Of a stretch of 64,000 bases of DNA, positions 53,659-61,918 are shown piece after piece. The position numbers and the translations under genes were made by a program. The stretch is from a virus: the IMG/VR virus record IMGVR_UViG_3300025534_000007, positions 5,657 to 69,656 of that record; one strand, given 5' to 3'. The notes beneath the pieces are model-generated. The model was not told the DNA's origin and did not search any database. It saw only the letters and a list, made by a program, of their open reading frames with translations. Position 1 is the stretch's first letter; the number at the start of each line of letters is the position of its first letter.

Positions 53659-56057
53659 CCAAGATCTGCCTCTGTGTCATCGCCGACGACAACGCGGTCA
53701 ACGACGGTATTGAGCGCATGATTGCGTCGGTCGCCGACCAGATCGACGGCCTCGTTGTCATCTTCACCGGCAAGGACGCAACTGTCGCTAATCGCGTCTC
53801 CAGGGTTGTCTACAACTCGGGCGTCGAGCACTGCCACTACTCCTCCAACCCGTGGAATGACAACTTCGCCGAGCAGCGCAACGTCTCGTTCAAGTCTGCG
53901 CTCAGGCTCGGGTTCGAGTCCGAGACTGACTGGCTGTTCTGGATGGACTGCGACGACGTCATCGGAGCCGGCACCGATCTGCGCGAGTGCATCCGCTACC
54001 TCGTCGAGAAGCGCGCGCACGCCGGGTTCATGCGCTACGACTACACGGTCGACCCGGAGACGCACGAAGCGCTCAACTGGCACTACAAGGAGCGCCTCTT
54101 CCGCGCCGACGTCAGCTGGCAGTGGATCTATCCCGTCCACGAGAACTGCGTCGGCCCCATCGCCACGCGCATGGTCCCGATCCCGTTCGGCTACGTCACG
54201 CACTTGCGCGGCGAGGTCGCGCCGAAGCGCAGCCGCAACCGCATGATCGCCAGGCAGTGGTACGAGACGTCGCGCGACACGGAGCCGATCGCCATCTATC
54301 ACCTGGCGAACCAGGTCTACGCCCTAGCCGACGAGATCAAGGTCGCCGACGGGGCCGACATCAGCGATCCGAACGCGCTCGTCAAGGCCAAGACGCTCGG
54401 CGCCGCGCTGCGGTACTACCGCGACTACGTCGAGGCCGACCCCGACAACCACAACTTCGTCGCGGTCGCCAACGACCAGATGGCCGACATTCTCAAGCGC
54501 CTGGGCAAGTACGACGAGGCCATCGACCTCTACCTCCAAGGCATCAAGCTCGATCTCCGGCGCCCCAGGAGCTACGTCGGCATCGCCGAGTGCCTGCTGC
54601 ACATGGAGGTCCACGAAGAGGCCATCTCCTGGGCCGAGCTGGCGGTCCAGGTCGGCAAGGCCAACGACCCGAACCAGCTCAACGACATCTCCGCCGCCGT
54701 CGACCTGCTCGACTACCAGTACAAGCCCACCGCCATCAAGGCGCACGCGCTCAAAGCGCTCGGGCGCTACCGCGACGCGATCGACGCCTACAGGCACATG
54801 CAGAGCCTCCGCGACGATGACTTCGTGCGCGGCCACATCAAGGAGTGCGAGGACGCGATCGACAACGGACTCGAACGCGCCTCCGACATCGATCGCGCAC
54901 GAGCGCTCCGTATGCGCCATTGGGGCGACAGCGATCACATGAGCATCGCCTTCTACGCGCCGGGTGCTATCGAGAAGTGGGACGGTACGACCATCGCCGG
55001 AGGCTCGGGCGGCACCGAGTCAACCCTCTACCAGATCGCCCGCTACTTCCGATCGCGCGGATGGCGCGTCGCGATCTTCGGCAACCCGCCAGAGGACAGC
55101 GTCGACGCCGACGGCATCGAGTGGTATCGCGCCTCGCTCTTCCACCCCGACGAGCCCTTCGAGGTGTTCGTTTCGCTGCGCGACATGCAGATCTTCGACG
55201 CGCCGATCAGGGCGCGCTCGAAGGTGCTCTGGCTGCACGACGTCACGATCGGCGACCAGCGCTACGGGCCTTACGGTGATCGGGTCGAGCAGATCGACGC
55301 CATCGTCTGCCCGAGTCATCAGCACGCCAAGCACACCCAGATGGCGTATGAGATCGGCCTTGCCGACGCCCATTTCCGGGTGATCCCCAACGGCATCGAC
55401 TGCAAGCGCATCGCCGATCTCAGGACGGACAAGCGCGACCCCAAGCGCTTCGTCTACGCCTCCTCGCCGGATCGCGGACTGGACAACCTGCTCGACCTGT
55501 GGCCGGAGATCTACGACGCGATTCCAGGCGCCAAGCTCGACATCTTCTACGGCTGGAACGCGATCGACGCCCTCATCGCGAAGGGAGCACCCTCAGCCCA
55601 CCTTCTGCGCGCTCACAAGATGCGCATCGAGGGCAAGATCACCGACCTGCGCGAGCGCGGATACGAGGTCAACTGGCGCGGGCGCGTTGACCACGACACG
55701 CTCATCAGCGCCTTCTGGCAGTCGGGTCTCATGCTCTATCCGGCGAACTTCGTCGAGACCTTCGGGATCGTGTTTGCTCAGGCAGCAGCGTGCGGAGTGA
55801 TCACTGTGGCGTCGGAGGCCAGCAACGTCGGCAACGTCGTCGACAGCGCGCTCGCCGTCCCAGGCCCAGCTGACGCAGAGACGTTTGCCCCTCGCTTCGT
55901 GACGAAGGTGTGGGAGGCGCACTGCGCCACCACCGACAGCGTTCGCGAGTGGGCCATCAAGGGCGTTCAGAAGTACGACTGGCCGAACGTCTACGACGCC
56001 TGGGACGGGCTCGTCAGCTACCTGCGAACCAGCAGAGAGGGTGCCGAGGCGGCCTGA
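53655..56057 (+). CDS. GT2 + TPR + GT4 multidomain glycosyltransferase
   Basis: ATG 53655; WNDNFAEQRN, LFWMDCDD, ERLFR..W.W.YPVHE (GT2); helical TPR-like middle; IPNGID, FVYASSPDRGL, YPANFVETFGIVFAQAAACG (GT-B/GT4). Confidence 0.88.
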   Translation: MTKICLCVIADDNAVNDGIERMIASVADQIDGLVVIFTGKDATVANRVSRVVYNSGVEHCHYSSNPWNDNFAEQRNVSFKSALRLGFESETDWLFWMDCDDVIGAGTDLRECIRYLVEKRAHAGFMRYDYTVDPETHEALNWHYKERLFRADVSWQWIYPVHENCVGPIATRMVPIPFGYVTHLRGEVAPKRSRNRMIARQWYETSRDTEPIAIYHLANQVYALADEIKVADGADISDPNALVKAKTLGAALRYYRDYVEADPDNHNFVAVANDQMADILKRLGKYDEAIDLYLQGIKLDLRRPRSYVGIAECLLHMEVHEEAISWAELAVQVGKANDPNQLNDISAAVDLLDYQYKPTAIKAHALKALGRYRDAIDAYRHMQSLRDDDFVRGHIKECEDAIDNGLERASDIDRARALRMRHWGDSDHMSIAFYAPGAIEKWDGTTIAGGSGGTESTLYQIARYFRSRGWRVAIFGNPPEDSVDADGIEWYRASLFHPDEPFEVFVSLRDMQIFDAPIRARSKVLWLHDVTIGDQRYGPYGDRVEQIDAIVCPSHQHAKHTQMAYEIGLADAHFRVIPNGIDCKRIADLRTDKRDPKRFVYASSPDRGLDNLLDLWPEIYDAIPGAKLDIFYGWNAIDALIAKGAPSAHLLRAHKMRIEGKITDLRERGYEVNWRGRVDHDTLISAFWQSGLMLYPANFVETFGIVFAQAAACGVITVASEASNVGNVVDSALAVPGPADAETFAPRFVTKVWEAHCATTDSVREWAIKGVQKYDWPNVYDAWDGLVSYLRTSREGAEAA

Positions 56058-56281
56058 TGCGCTCGATCCAAACCATCGACCCTGTCAAGTGGACGGTGCG
56101 CTTGGGGCTCTGCGTGGACAACGACTACGCAGACGGCTACCGCTACCGCGTCATCGAGCACGACATCGTCACCGACGAGCGCATCGAGTTCCTGGCCAAG
56201 AGCCTCCCGCGCGCCGTCTGGATCGCCGTGCGCGAATGGGTCATCAAGCCGATCGTCAGGAGGACACGTAGCAGCCTATGA
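56057..56281 (+). CDS. small hypothetical protein
   Basis: TGATG overlap upstream and ATGA overlap downstream; 74 aa. Confidence 0.55.
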   Translation: MRSIQTIDPVKWTVRLGLCVDNDYADGYRYRVIEHDIVTDERIEFLAKSLPRAVWIAVREWVIKPIVRRTRSSL

Positions 56282-57387
56282 AGATCGCCGTCTACTGCGA
56301 GGGCGCGACCTGGGGCGAGGTCGACGAGCAAGCCCTCCAACGGGGACTCGGAGGCCGCGAGACCGCGCTCGTCCAACTCGCCATGAACTGGGCCGCGATG
56401 GGCCACGACGTCTATGCCTTCGTCCCGCGCAGCGGCACGCGCATCTCGAAGCTCTCAAAGGGCACGGTCACCTGGGCCTCCCACTACCAGGCCGTTGACG
56501 CGATCCCGGTTCTGCATCCAGACGTCTTCGTCTCCTGGGAGAACGCCGACATCCTCGCAGCCGTCCGCGAGGCTGGATACGACGGCCTCACCGGCATCGA
56601 GATGCAGGTCGCCCACCTGAACACCGACATCGAGGTCTCCAGCGTCGCCGACTACGTCTTCGTCCTGTCCGGGTGGGCGCGCGACTTCTTTGTCAGGCAG
56701 CACCCGGACATGCGCGACAAGACGGTCGTCTTCCCCAACGGCGTCGACATCAAGCGCTTCGACATGTCCAAGCACGTTCCGTCGGTCGACGGCCCGGTCA
56801 AGTGCATCTACAGCTCCTCGCCGGATCGTGGCCTGCACCACCTGCTCAAGATGTGGCCCGAGATCCGCTACTCCATCAAGGAGCAGCATGGGCGCGACGC
56901 AGTGCTCTACGTCTGCTACGGCATCGAGAACTTCGTCGGCAACGCCCGCTGGAGCGCTCGTGAAGACGGCCAGCGCGCGGTTCAGATCCTCACGAGCATC
57001 AACCAGGCAGGAGTCGACTACTGCGGCAAGATCGGCCAGCATAAGCTCGCCCAGCTCATGGGCGCGTGCGACCTCATGCTCTACCCCTGCGACACGATGT
57101 CGCCGACGGAGACAGGCTGCATCTCCATCGTCGAAGCGCTCGCGTCCTACACGCCCGTCATCACAACAAACTGCGACTGCCTCGGAAGCGAGTTCGGCAA
57201 CGTCACGTTCCAGGTTGAGCTTCCGTGGAACACCAACGTCGCCGAACGTTTCATCGCCAACGCAACCGATGCGCTCGAACCGGCGCTGTACGTCGAGACC
57301 TCGATCAAGGGTCGTCGGTTCGCCGAGCAGCGCGACTGGAAGCTCATCGCAGCTCAGTGGATTGATTTCTTCGAGGTGAATGTATGA
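56278..57387 (+). CDS. GT4-family glycosyltransferase
   Basis: GLGGRETAL, FPNGVD, IYSSSPDRGL, YPCD...ETGCISIVEALA. Confidence 0.88.
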   Translation: MKIAVYCEGATWGEVDEQALQRGLGGRETALVQLAMNWAAMGHDVYAFVPRSGTRISKLSKGTVTWASHYQAVDAIPVLHPDVFVSWENADILAAVREAGYDGLTGIEMQVAHLNTDIEVSSVADYVFVLSGWARDFFVRQHPDMRDKTVVFPNGVDIKRFDMSKHVPSVDGPVKCIYSSSPDRGLHHLLKMWPEIRYSIKEQHGRDAVLYVCYGIENFVGNARWSAREDGQRAVQILTSINQAGVDYCGKIGQHKLAQLMGACDLMLYPCDTMSPTETGCISIVEALASYTPVITTNCDCLGSEFGNVTFQVELPWNTNVAERFIANATDALEPALYVETSIKGRRFAEQRDWKLIAAQWIDFFEVNV

Positions 57388-57539
57388 GTCTCGTGATTGA
57401 CGCCCCGTCCTGGCTTGCCATCGTCTTCATCGTCCTGTGGTTCATCGCCACCATGTTCAAGGACGTCGTGAGGTCGGCTATCGCCAAGGACCTCATCAAG
57501 ACGACGATGGAGGAACTCAAGCAGGCCAACTTCCGATGA
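57384..57539 (+). CDS. small single-pass membrane protein (51 aa)
   Basis: WLAIVFIVLWFIATMF; ATGA overlaps at both ends. Confidence 0.55.
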   Translation: MSLVIDAPSWLAIVFIVLWFIATMFKDVVRSAIAKDLIKTTMEELKQANFR

Positions 57540-57979
57540 GCGACCGCACGCCTCAGCAGAAGGGGCGTGGCTGGGAGCCGGAGTTCGCAAAGTCCATCGG
57601 CGCAGCTGTCGTCAAGAACAGTGGCGCCGGGTTCAAGAAGGGCGACGTCATCGGCCCAGAGATCCAGGGTTCGAAGATCATTTGGTCGTTGAAGTGGCGC
57701 GGCGACAACAAGTCTGTCCGCGTCGAGGACGCATGGATGGACGAGATGCTCGCAGCCATCAACGCACCAGGAGGCTACGGAGGCGACATGATCCCGGCCA
57801 TCGCCACCAAGACCCAGGGCTATGAACTGGTCATCATGCGCAAGCAGGACGCGATCGCGCTCATGCATGACGCTGCTGCGCAGTCTCTCGACCCTTCGGG
57901 CCGCGCGACCGGTCGGTACGCTTTGCCCCATCATCATAGGCGACTGCCCGAACTCCTTCGAGGCACGCAAGAGGACTGA
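57536..57979 (+). CDS. PD-(D/E)XK-like, Hjc-type resolvase-like protein
   Basis: QKGRGWEPEFA...NSGAGFKKGDV...WSLK; third catalytic position atypical. Confidence 0.5.
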   Translation: MSDRTPQQKGRGWEPEFAKSIGAAVVKNSGAGFKKGDVIGPEIQGSKIIWSLKWRGDNKSVRVEDAWMDEMLAAINAPGGYGGDMIPAIATKTQGYELVIMRKQDAIALMHDAAAQSLDPSGRATGRYALPHHHRRLPELLRGTQED

Positions 57980-57988
57980 CCTACCACT

Positions 57989-58825
57989 ATGGCAAAGCAA
58001 CGCTGGCACAAGAACGCCACGCCACACCGCACACTGCGGCTCGCGTCAGACCCGCAGCAGGGTCGTGACGTCCGAGGGGTCCAGCGCGCTATCCAGCGAT
58101 TCGTCCGCGACCACCCCCGACTCGGGCTCGTCGCGCCGGTCGTTGACGGCGTCTACGGCAAGGAGACCGCGAAGGCGCTCGGTCTCGTGGCCTGGCTCCT
58201 TGGCATCACTAACGACCCCGATAAGACCACCTTCTCAGCCTCCAAGCAGGCGCTCGTCCGATCGCCGAAGCTGCGCACGCCAGTCCAGCGTCAGCGCGGC
58301 AAGAAGCGCCGCGCCGAGCGCCGCCGTGCGATCAGCAAGGCCGGTCAGCGGCCGAACATCATCCGGCTCGATGCGCCGATGGTGAACCGCTTTGGCGGCA
58401 TCGGCCCGTTCCTCGGGCTCGTCGGCCACTACACCGCAGGCCCGCGTGACACCAACGACAAGCACGGTCTCGCGCTGTTCAAGCAGTACAACGCGCAGCA
58501 CCGCAGCCAGGGATGGGGCGCCATTGGTTACCACCTGGGCATCCTTAGCAGCGGAACGCTCGTGCTTCTGCGGCCGACCTCGTGGAAGGGCGCGCACGTC
58601 GCCAACCACAACACCGGTCGCATCGGAGTCGTTGTCAATGGCGGCCCCGGCCAGCGCATGACCCGCGAACAGCTCACGACCTGGCGCTGGATCAAGGAGA
58701 ACGGCCACACGACCGCGATGCCAGCCTCCCATCGCCTTCCGGCCAAGGTCACCAAGGTCTGGGTCCACAAGGACCTGTATCCGACCGCCTGCCCCGGCAC
58801 CTATGAGAAGGACTACAAGTCATGA
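57989..58825 (+). CDS. endolysin: peptidoglycan-binding domain + N-acetylmuramoyl-L-alanine amidase
   Basis: GRDVRGVQRAI...VDGVYGKET; GHYTAG, GWGAIGYH, GAHVANHNTGRIGV, HKDLYPTACPG. Confidence 0.9.
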   Translation: MAKQRWHKNATPHRTLRLASDPQQGRDVRGVQRAIQRFVRDHPRLGLVAPVVDGVYGKETAKALGLVAWLLGITNDPDKTTFSASKQALVRSPKLRTPVQRQRGKKRRAERRRAISKAGQRPNIIRLDAPMVNRFGGIGPFLGLVGHYTAGPRDTNDKHGLALFKQYNAQHRSQGWGAIGYHLGILSSGTLVLLRPTSWKGAHVANHNTGRIGVVVNGGPGQRMTREQLTTWRWIKENGHTTAMPASHRLPAKVTKVWVHKDLYPTACPGTYEKDYKS

Positions 58826-59085
58826 CCGAATCACAGAGCGCGATTAGGCGCATCCTCAACGAACACCCGGCCGGTGTCACCGCCGCAGCGACCGCGATCT
58901 TGATGCTGATCGCGAAGCGGATCGGGGTCAGCCTGAGCGAGGACGAGGCCGTCGCCATCGTCGGTGGCCTCGTCGTCATCGTGTCGGCGTTCACGCCGCG
59001 CTTCCGCGTTGGCGGCGTGCCGATTCCGCGCGACCTGCCCGAGGACGATGCCACCGGCCCGGACGACCAGGACATCGTCGACTGA
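58822..59085 (+). CDS. putative holin
   Basis: Two hydrophobic segments; overlaps the endolysin stop. Confidence 0.7.
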   Translation: MTESQSAIRRILNEHPAGVTAAATAILMLIAKRIGVSLSEDEAVAIVGGLVVIVSAFTPRFRVGGVPIPRDLPEDDATGPDDQDIVD

Positions 59086-59106
59086 CGACCATCGAAGGAG
59101 ACCAAC

Positions 59107-59394
59107 ATGGCGCTCAACAAGAGCGAGCTGATCGGCCGCGTCGCTGAGCGGACGTCCGTAACTAAGGCTGTCGTTGCCAATGTGTTCGATGCGTTCTACG
59201 AGGAGGTCATCGAGCAGCTCCTCACGTCTGGAGAGGTTCAGATTCCGAGGATCGGCAAGCTCACGACCACCACGACGCCTCAGCGCATGGCGCGCAATCC
59301 GTTGACCGGAGAGCCGGTCGAGGTCCCGGCCAAGCGCAAGGTCAAGTTCAAGCCGTCCGGTCCGTTCGCCAAGGAGGTCGACTACCAGAGATGA
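59107..59394 (+). CDS. hup: HU-family DNA-binding protein
   Basis: MALNKSELI...GEVQIPRIGKL...RMARNPLTGEPVEVPAKRKVKFKP. Confidence 0.9.
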   Translation: MALNKSELIGRVAERTSVTKAVVANVFDAFYEEVIEQLLTSGEVQIPRIGKLTTTTTPQRMARNPLTGEPVEVPAKRKVKFKPSGPFAKEVDYQR

Positions 59395-59567
59395 GCGCTG
59401 ACGACCTCGAACGCTTGCGCGCGACCTACATCGAGAAGCTCGACGAGGCGATCGTCATCGGCTTCAAGTTGAAGCGCGCGATGCCTAGTCGTCCGAACTC
59501 GATCTCGCTCTCTCACGCGGAGACAGCCAGGATGTGGGCCGAGCGCGACGACAAGGAGCCCTACTAG
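59391..59567 (+). CDS. small hypothetical protein (58 aa)
   Basis: ATGA overlap with the hup stop. Confidence 0.5.
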   Translation: MSADDLERLRATYIEKLDEAIVIGFKLKRAMPSRPNSISLSHAETARMWAERDDKEPY

Positions 59568-59590
59568 CTCCCACGCCCAGCCTCGCTCAT

Positions 59591-59624
59591 GAGAGCCGCC
59601 GTCACTGGCGGCTCTCTTCGTTCT
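59591..59624 (+). terminator. intrinsic terminator-like hairpin
   Basis: GAGAGCCGCC/GGCGGCTCTC followed by TTCGTTCT; at the convergence of + and - gene blocks. Confidence 0.65.
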
Positions 59625-59707
59625 GCGGGCTCCCACAGGCCCGGGGCCGCCCGGGTGGGTCTGCCCGCGAGGATCGTCTGGGACGACATCGCGGCGCGGC
59701 TGGGGCG

Positions 59708-59866
59708 CTAGGGGTCGATCAGCCGAACGAAGCCGAAGAAGACGGCTATGCCGATGGGGACCGCGAGGTTCGGGTTGATCCCGGCGTCCACCATGCCGCG
59801 CATCGCGAAGCCGATGGTGGCGAGACCGACGATGGCGTAGACGATGGTGATGAGACCGGTGCGCAT
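59708..59866 (-). CDS. small two-helix membrane protein (52 aa)
   Basis: MRTGLITIVYAIVGLATIGFAMRG...LAVPIGIAVFFGFVRLIDP. Confidence 0.55.
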   Translation of the reverse strand: MRTGLITIVYAIVGLATIGFAMRGMVDAGINPNLAVPIGIAVFFGFVRLIDP

Positions 59867-59991
59867 TTGGTGGATGTTCTAGCAGCTTAGAACGGGCGGG
59901 GTTCCCTACTTGTCGCGCGATCGTGCGGTGCCCGCGCGTTCATTGTTGACGCCCTCCCCGACCTGAAGGCCGGGGATTCCTCCTGCGCGGC

Positions 59992-61197
59992 TCATGCCGC
60001 GCTCCGGTGGGTTCCTGCTTCACCGGCCTGAGCCACCGCAGCCGGTGGTCTTACCTGGCCTCCACAGGCGTTTAGCCTCTCCGCCCGTCCGGCGGCGAGG
60101 ATGTTCTTCGCGGCGTTGAGGTCCCGGTCGTGGACGGTGCCGCAGTGCTGGCAGGTCCAGGTGCGGACGTGCAGCGGTTTGGGACCGTCGAGCACGCCGC
60201 AGGTAGAGCAGACCTGCGAGGTGGGCTCGAACCGGCCGATCCTGGCGAAGGTCCGGCCGTACCGTGCGGCCTTGTACTCCAGCATCGCCACGAACGTCGA
60301 CCAGCCTGCGTCGTAAACGCTCTTGGCCAGGCGGGTACGCCCGAGACCGGACACCGCCAGGTCCTCCACGTATACCGCTTGGTTCTCGCGGATGATGCTC
60401 GTGGAGAGCTTGTGCGCCCAGTCCCGGCGCGCGTCGGCCACACGGGCGTGCGCCCGTGCGACCTTCAGCTTGGCCTTTTCTCGGTTCTTGGAGCCCTTCG
60501 CCTTGCGGGACAGCGCCTTTTGCGCCTTGCGGAGCTTTTTCTCCGCTCGACGTAGGAAGCGCGGGTTGTCGATCTTCCGCCCGTCCGAGAGCACCGCGAA
60601 GTGCGTCAGGCCCAGGTCGATCCCAATCTCAGTATCGCCCACAGGAAGCGGCTCGTCCGCTATCTCCACGACGAACGAGGCGAAGTACCGGCCCGACGCC
60701 TCCTTGACGATGGTGACGCTGGACGGCTCGGACGGCAGATCCCGGGACCAGCGAACATCGATCTCGCCCACCTTGGCCACGTACAGGCGACCGTTGGGGC
60801 GGATCGAGAAGCCATTGCGGGTGAGCCGGATCGCCTGTCGGGAGTCCTTGAGGGACTTGAACCGAGGCGCGGTCATCCTCGGCCCCTTCCGCTTGCCGAC
60901 AACTGAGGCGAAGAACGCCCGGTACGCCTTGTGCAGGTCGTTCAACGACTGCACCAACACGACACTGGACACCTCGGCCAGCCACGCCCGTTCGGGGGTC
61001 TTCTTCGCCTCGGTGAGCACCCGGCGCTGTAGGTCGGCGTCCTTGATGTAGGGCAGGCCGGCCGCGTGGGCCTCCTGTCTGGCGCGCAGCCCGTCGTTGT
61101 ACACCACCCGCGCACACCCGAACGCCTTCGCCAGCGCGGCACGCTGACCCGGCGTCGGGTAGAGGCGGAAGTTGTACCGGAGCTGCACGCTGATCAT
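59992..61197 (-). CDS. tnpB: TnpB RNA-guided nuclease
   Basis: YNFRLYPT, GIDLG, VEDL, CSTCG, CQHCG, DRDLNAA: RuvC D-E-D triad intact. Confidence 0.95.
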   Translation of the reverse strand: MISVQLRYNFRLYPTPGQRAALAKAFGCARVVYNDGLRARQEAHAAGLPYIKDADLQRRVLTEAKKTPERAWLAEVSSVVLVQSLNDLHKAYRAFFASVVGKRKGPRMTAPRFKSLKDSRQAIRLTRNGFSIRPNGRLYVAKVGEIDVRWSRDLPSEPSSVTIVKEASGRYFASFVVEIADEPLPVGDTEIGIDLGLTHFAVLSDGRKIDNPRFLRRAEKKLRKAQKALSRKAKGSKNREKAKLKVARAHARVADARRDWAHKLSTSIIRENQAVYVEDLAVSGLGRTRLAKSVYDAGWSTFVAMLEYKAARYGRTFARIGRFEPTSQVCSTCGVLDGPKPLHVRTWTCQHCGTVHDRDLNAAKNILAAGRAERLNACGGQVRPPAAVAQAGEAGTHRSAA

Positions 61198-61212
61198 TCT
61201 AGCATTTGGTCT

Positions 61213-61617
61213 ATGGCTCTAGATGACGGTTACAGGCGTGGCAGGCACTGCGTTTCGGCGCTCCATGTTCATTTGGTCTTCGTGACCAAGTACCGGCGCG
61301 GGGTGCTCACCGGAGAGCACCTGGACTTCCTGTACAGGGTGTTCGCCAAGGTATGCGCCGATTTCGAAGCCCACCTTGTCGAGATGAACGGCGAGGACGA
61401 TCACGTCCACCTGCTGGTGGCGTACCCGCCGAAAGTCGCGGTCTCAGCACTGGTGAACTCGCTAAAGGGCGTGTCGTCCCGGCTTCTGCGCAAGCACTAC
61501 CAGGTGCGGACGCACCGCAATCACCTGTGGTCGCCGTCCTACTTCGCCGCGTCGTGCGGTGGCGCCCCGTTGGAGATCATCCGGCAGTACGTCGAGCAGC
61601 AACGACGACCGGCTTAA
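61213..61617 (+). CDS. tnpA: Y1 HUH transposase
   Basis: HLVFVTKYRR, DHVHLL, LKGVSS, LWSPSYF, YVEQQ. Confidence 0.95.
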   Translation: MALDDGYRRGRHCVSALHVHLVFVTKYRRGVLTGEHLDFLYRVFAKVCADFEAHLVEMNGEDDHVHLLVAYPPKVAVSALVNSLKGVSSRLLRKHYQVRTHRNHLWSPSYFAASCGGAPLEIIRQYVEQQRRPA

Positions 61618-61918
61618 AGGCGGCTAACCCCGGCCTGAATGCCGAGGCTTGCGCCGCCGGGCATGGTAAAGAAGCGGCCCGGCGGAGTTGGCGGCTCCCC
61701 GGGCCCAGCACCAGGAGGTGGGTTCCTGATGCATGGCAAACCCTATGCGGTTGCGCCTGCTGCTGCACGGGCGCTCGTCCCCACCCGCGAGATCCACGGG
61801 AAATGTGACGAGCGCGCCGACAACGTGGTACCCCGTTGCCGACGCGCTCGTGGCGACCCTGACCGGTGCGGCAGTCGAGTCGCGCCCACTACCCGGAGGG
61901 GTAGCTGAGTCGGGGAGT

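Larger units (their letters stand above)
59946..61665 (-). mobile_element. IS200/IS605-family element (divergent tnpA and tnpB)
   Basis: Subterminal hairpins at both ends (CCCCGACCTGAAGGCCGGGG; CCCCGGCCTGAATGCCGAGG); right end closes GGGGAGGGCG-TCAA on the minus strand; left end inferred after TTTAC (approximate). Confidence 0.88.
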
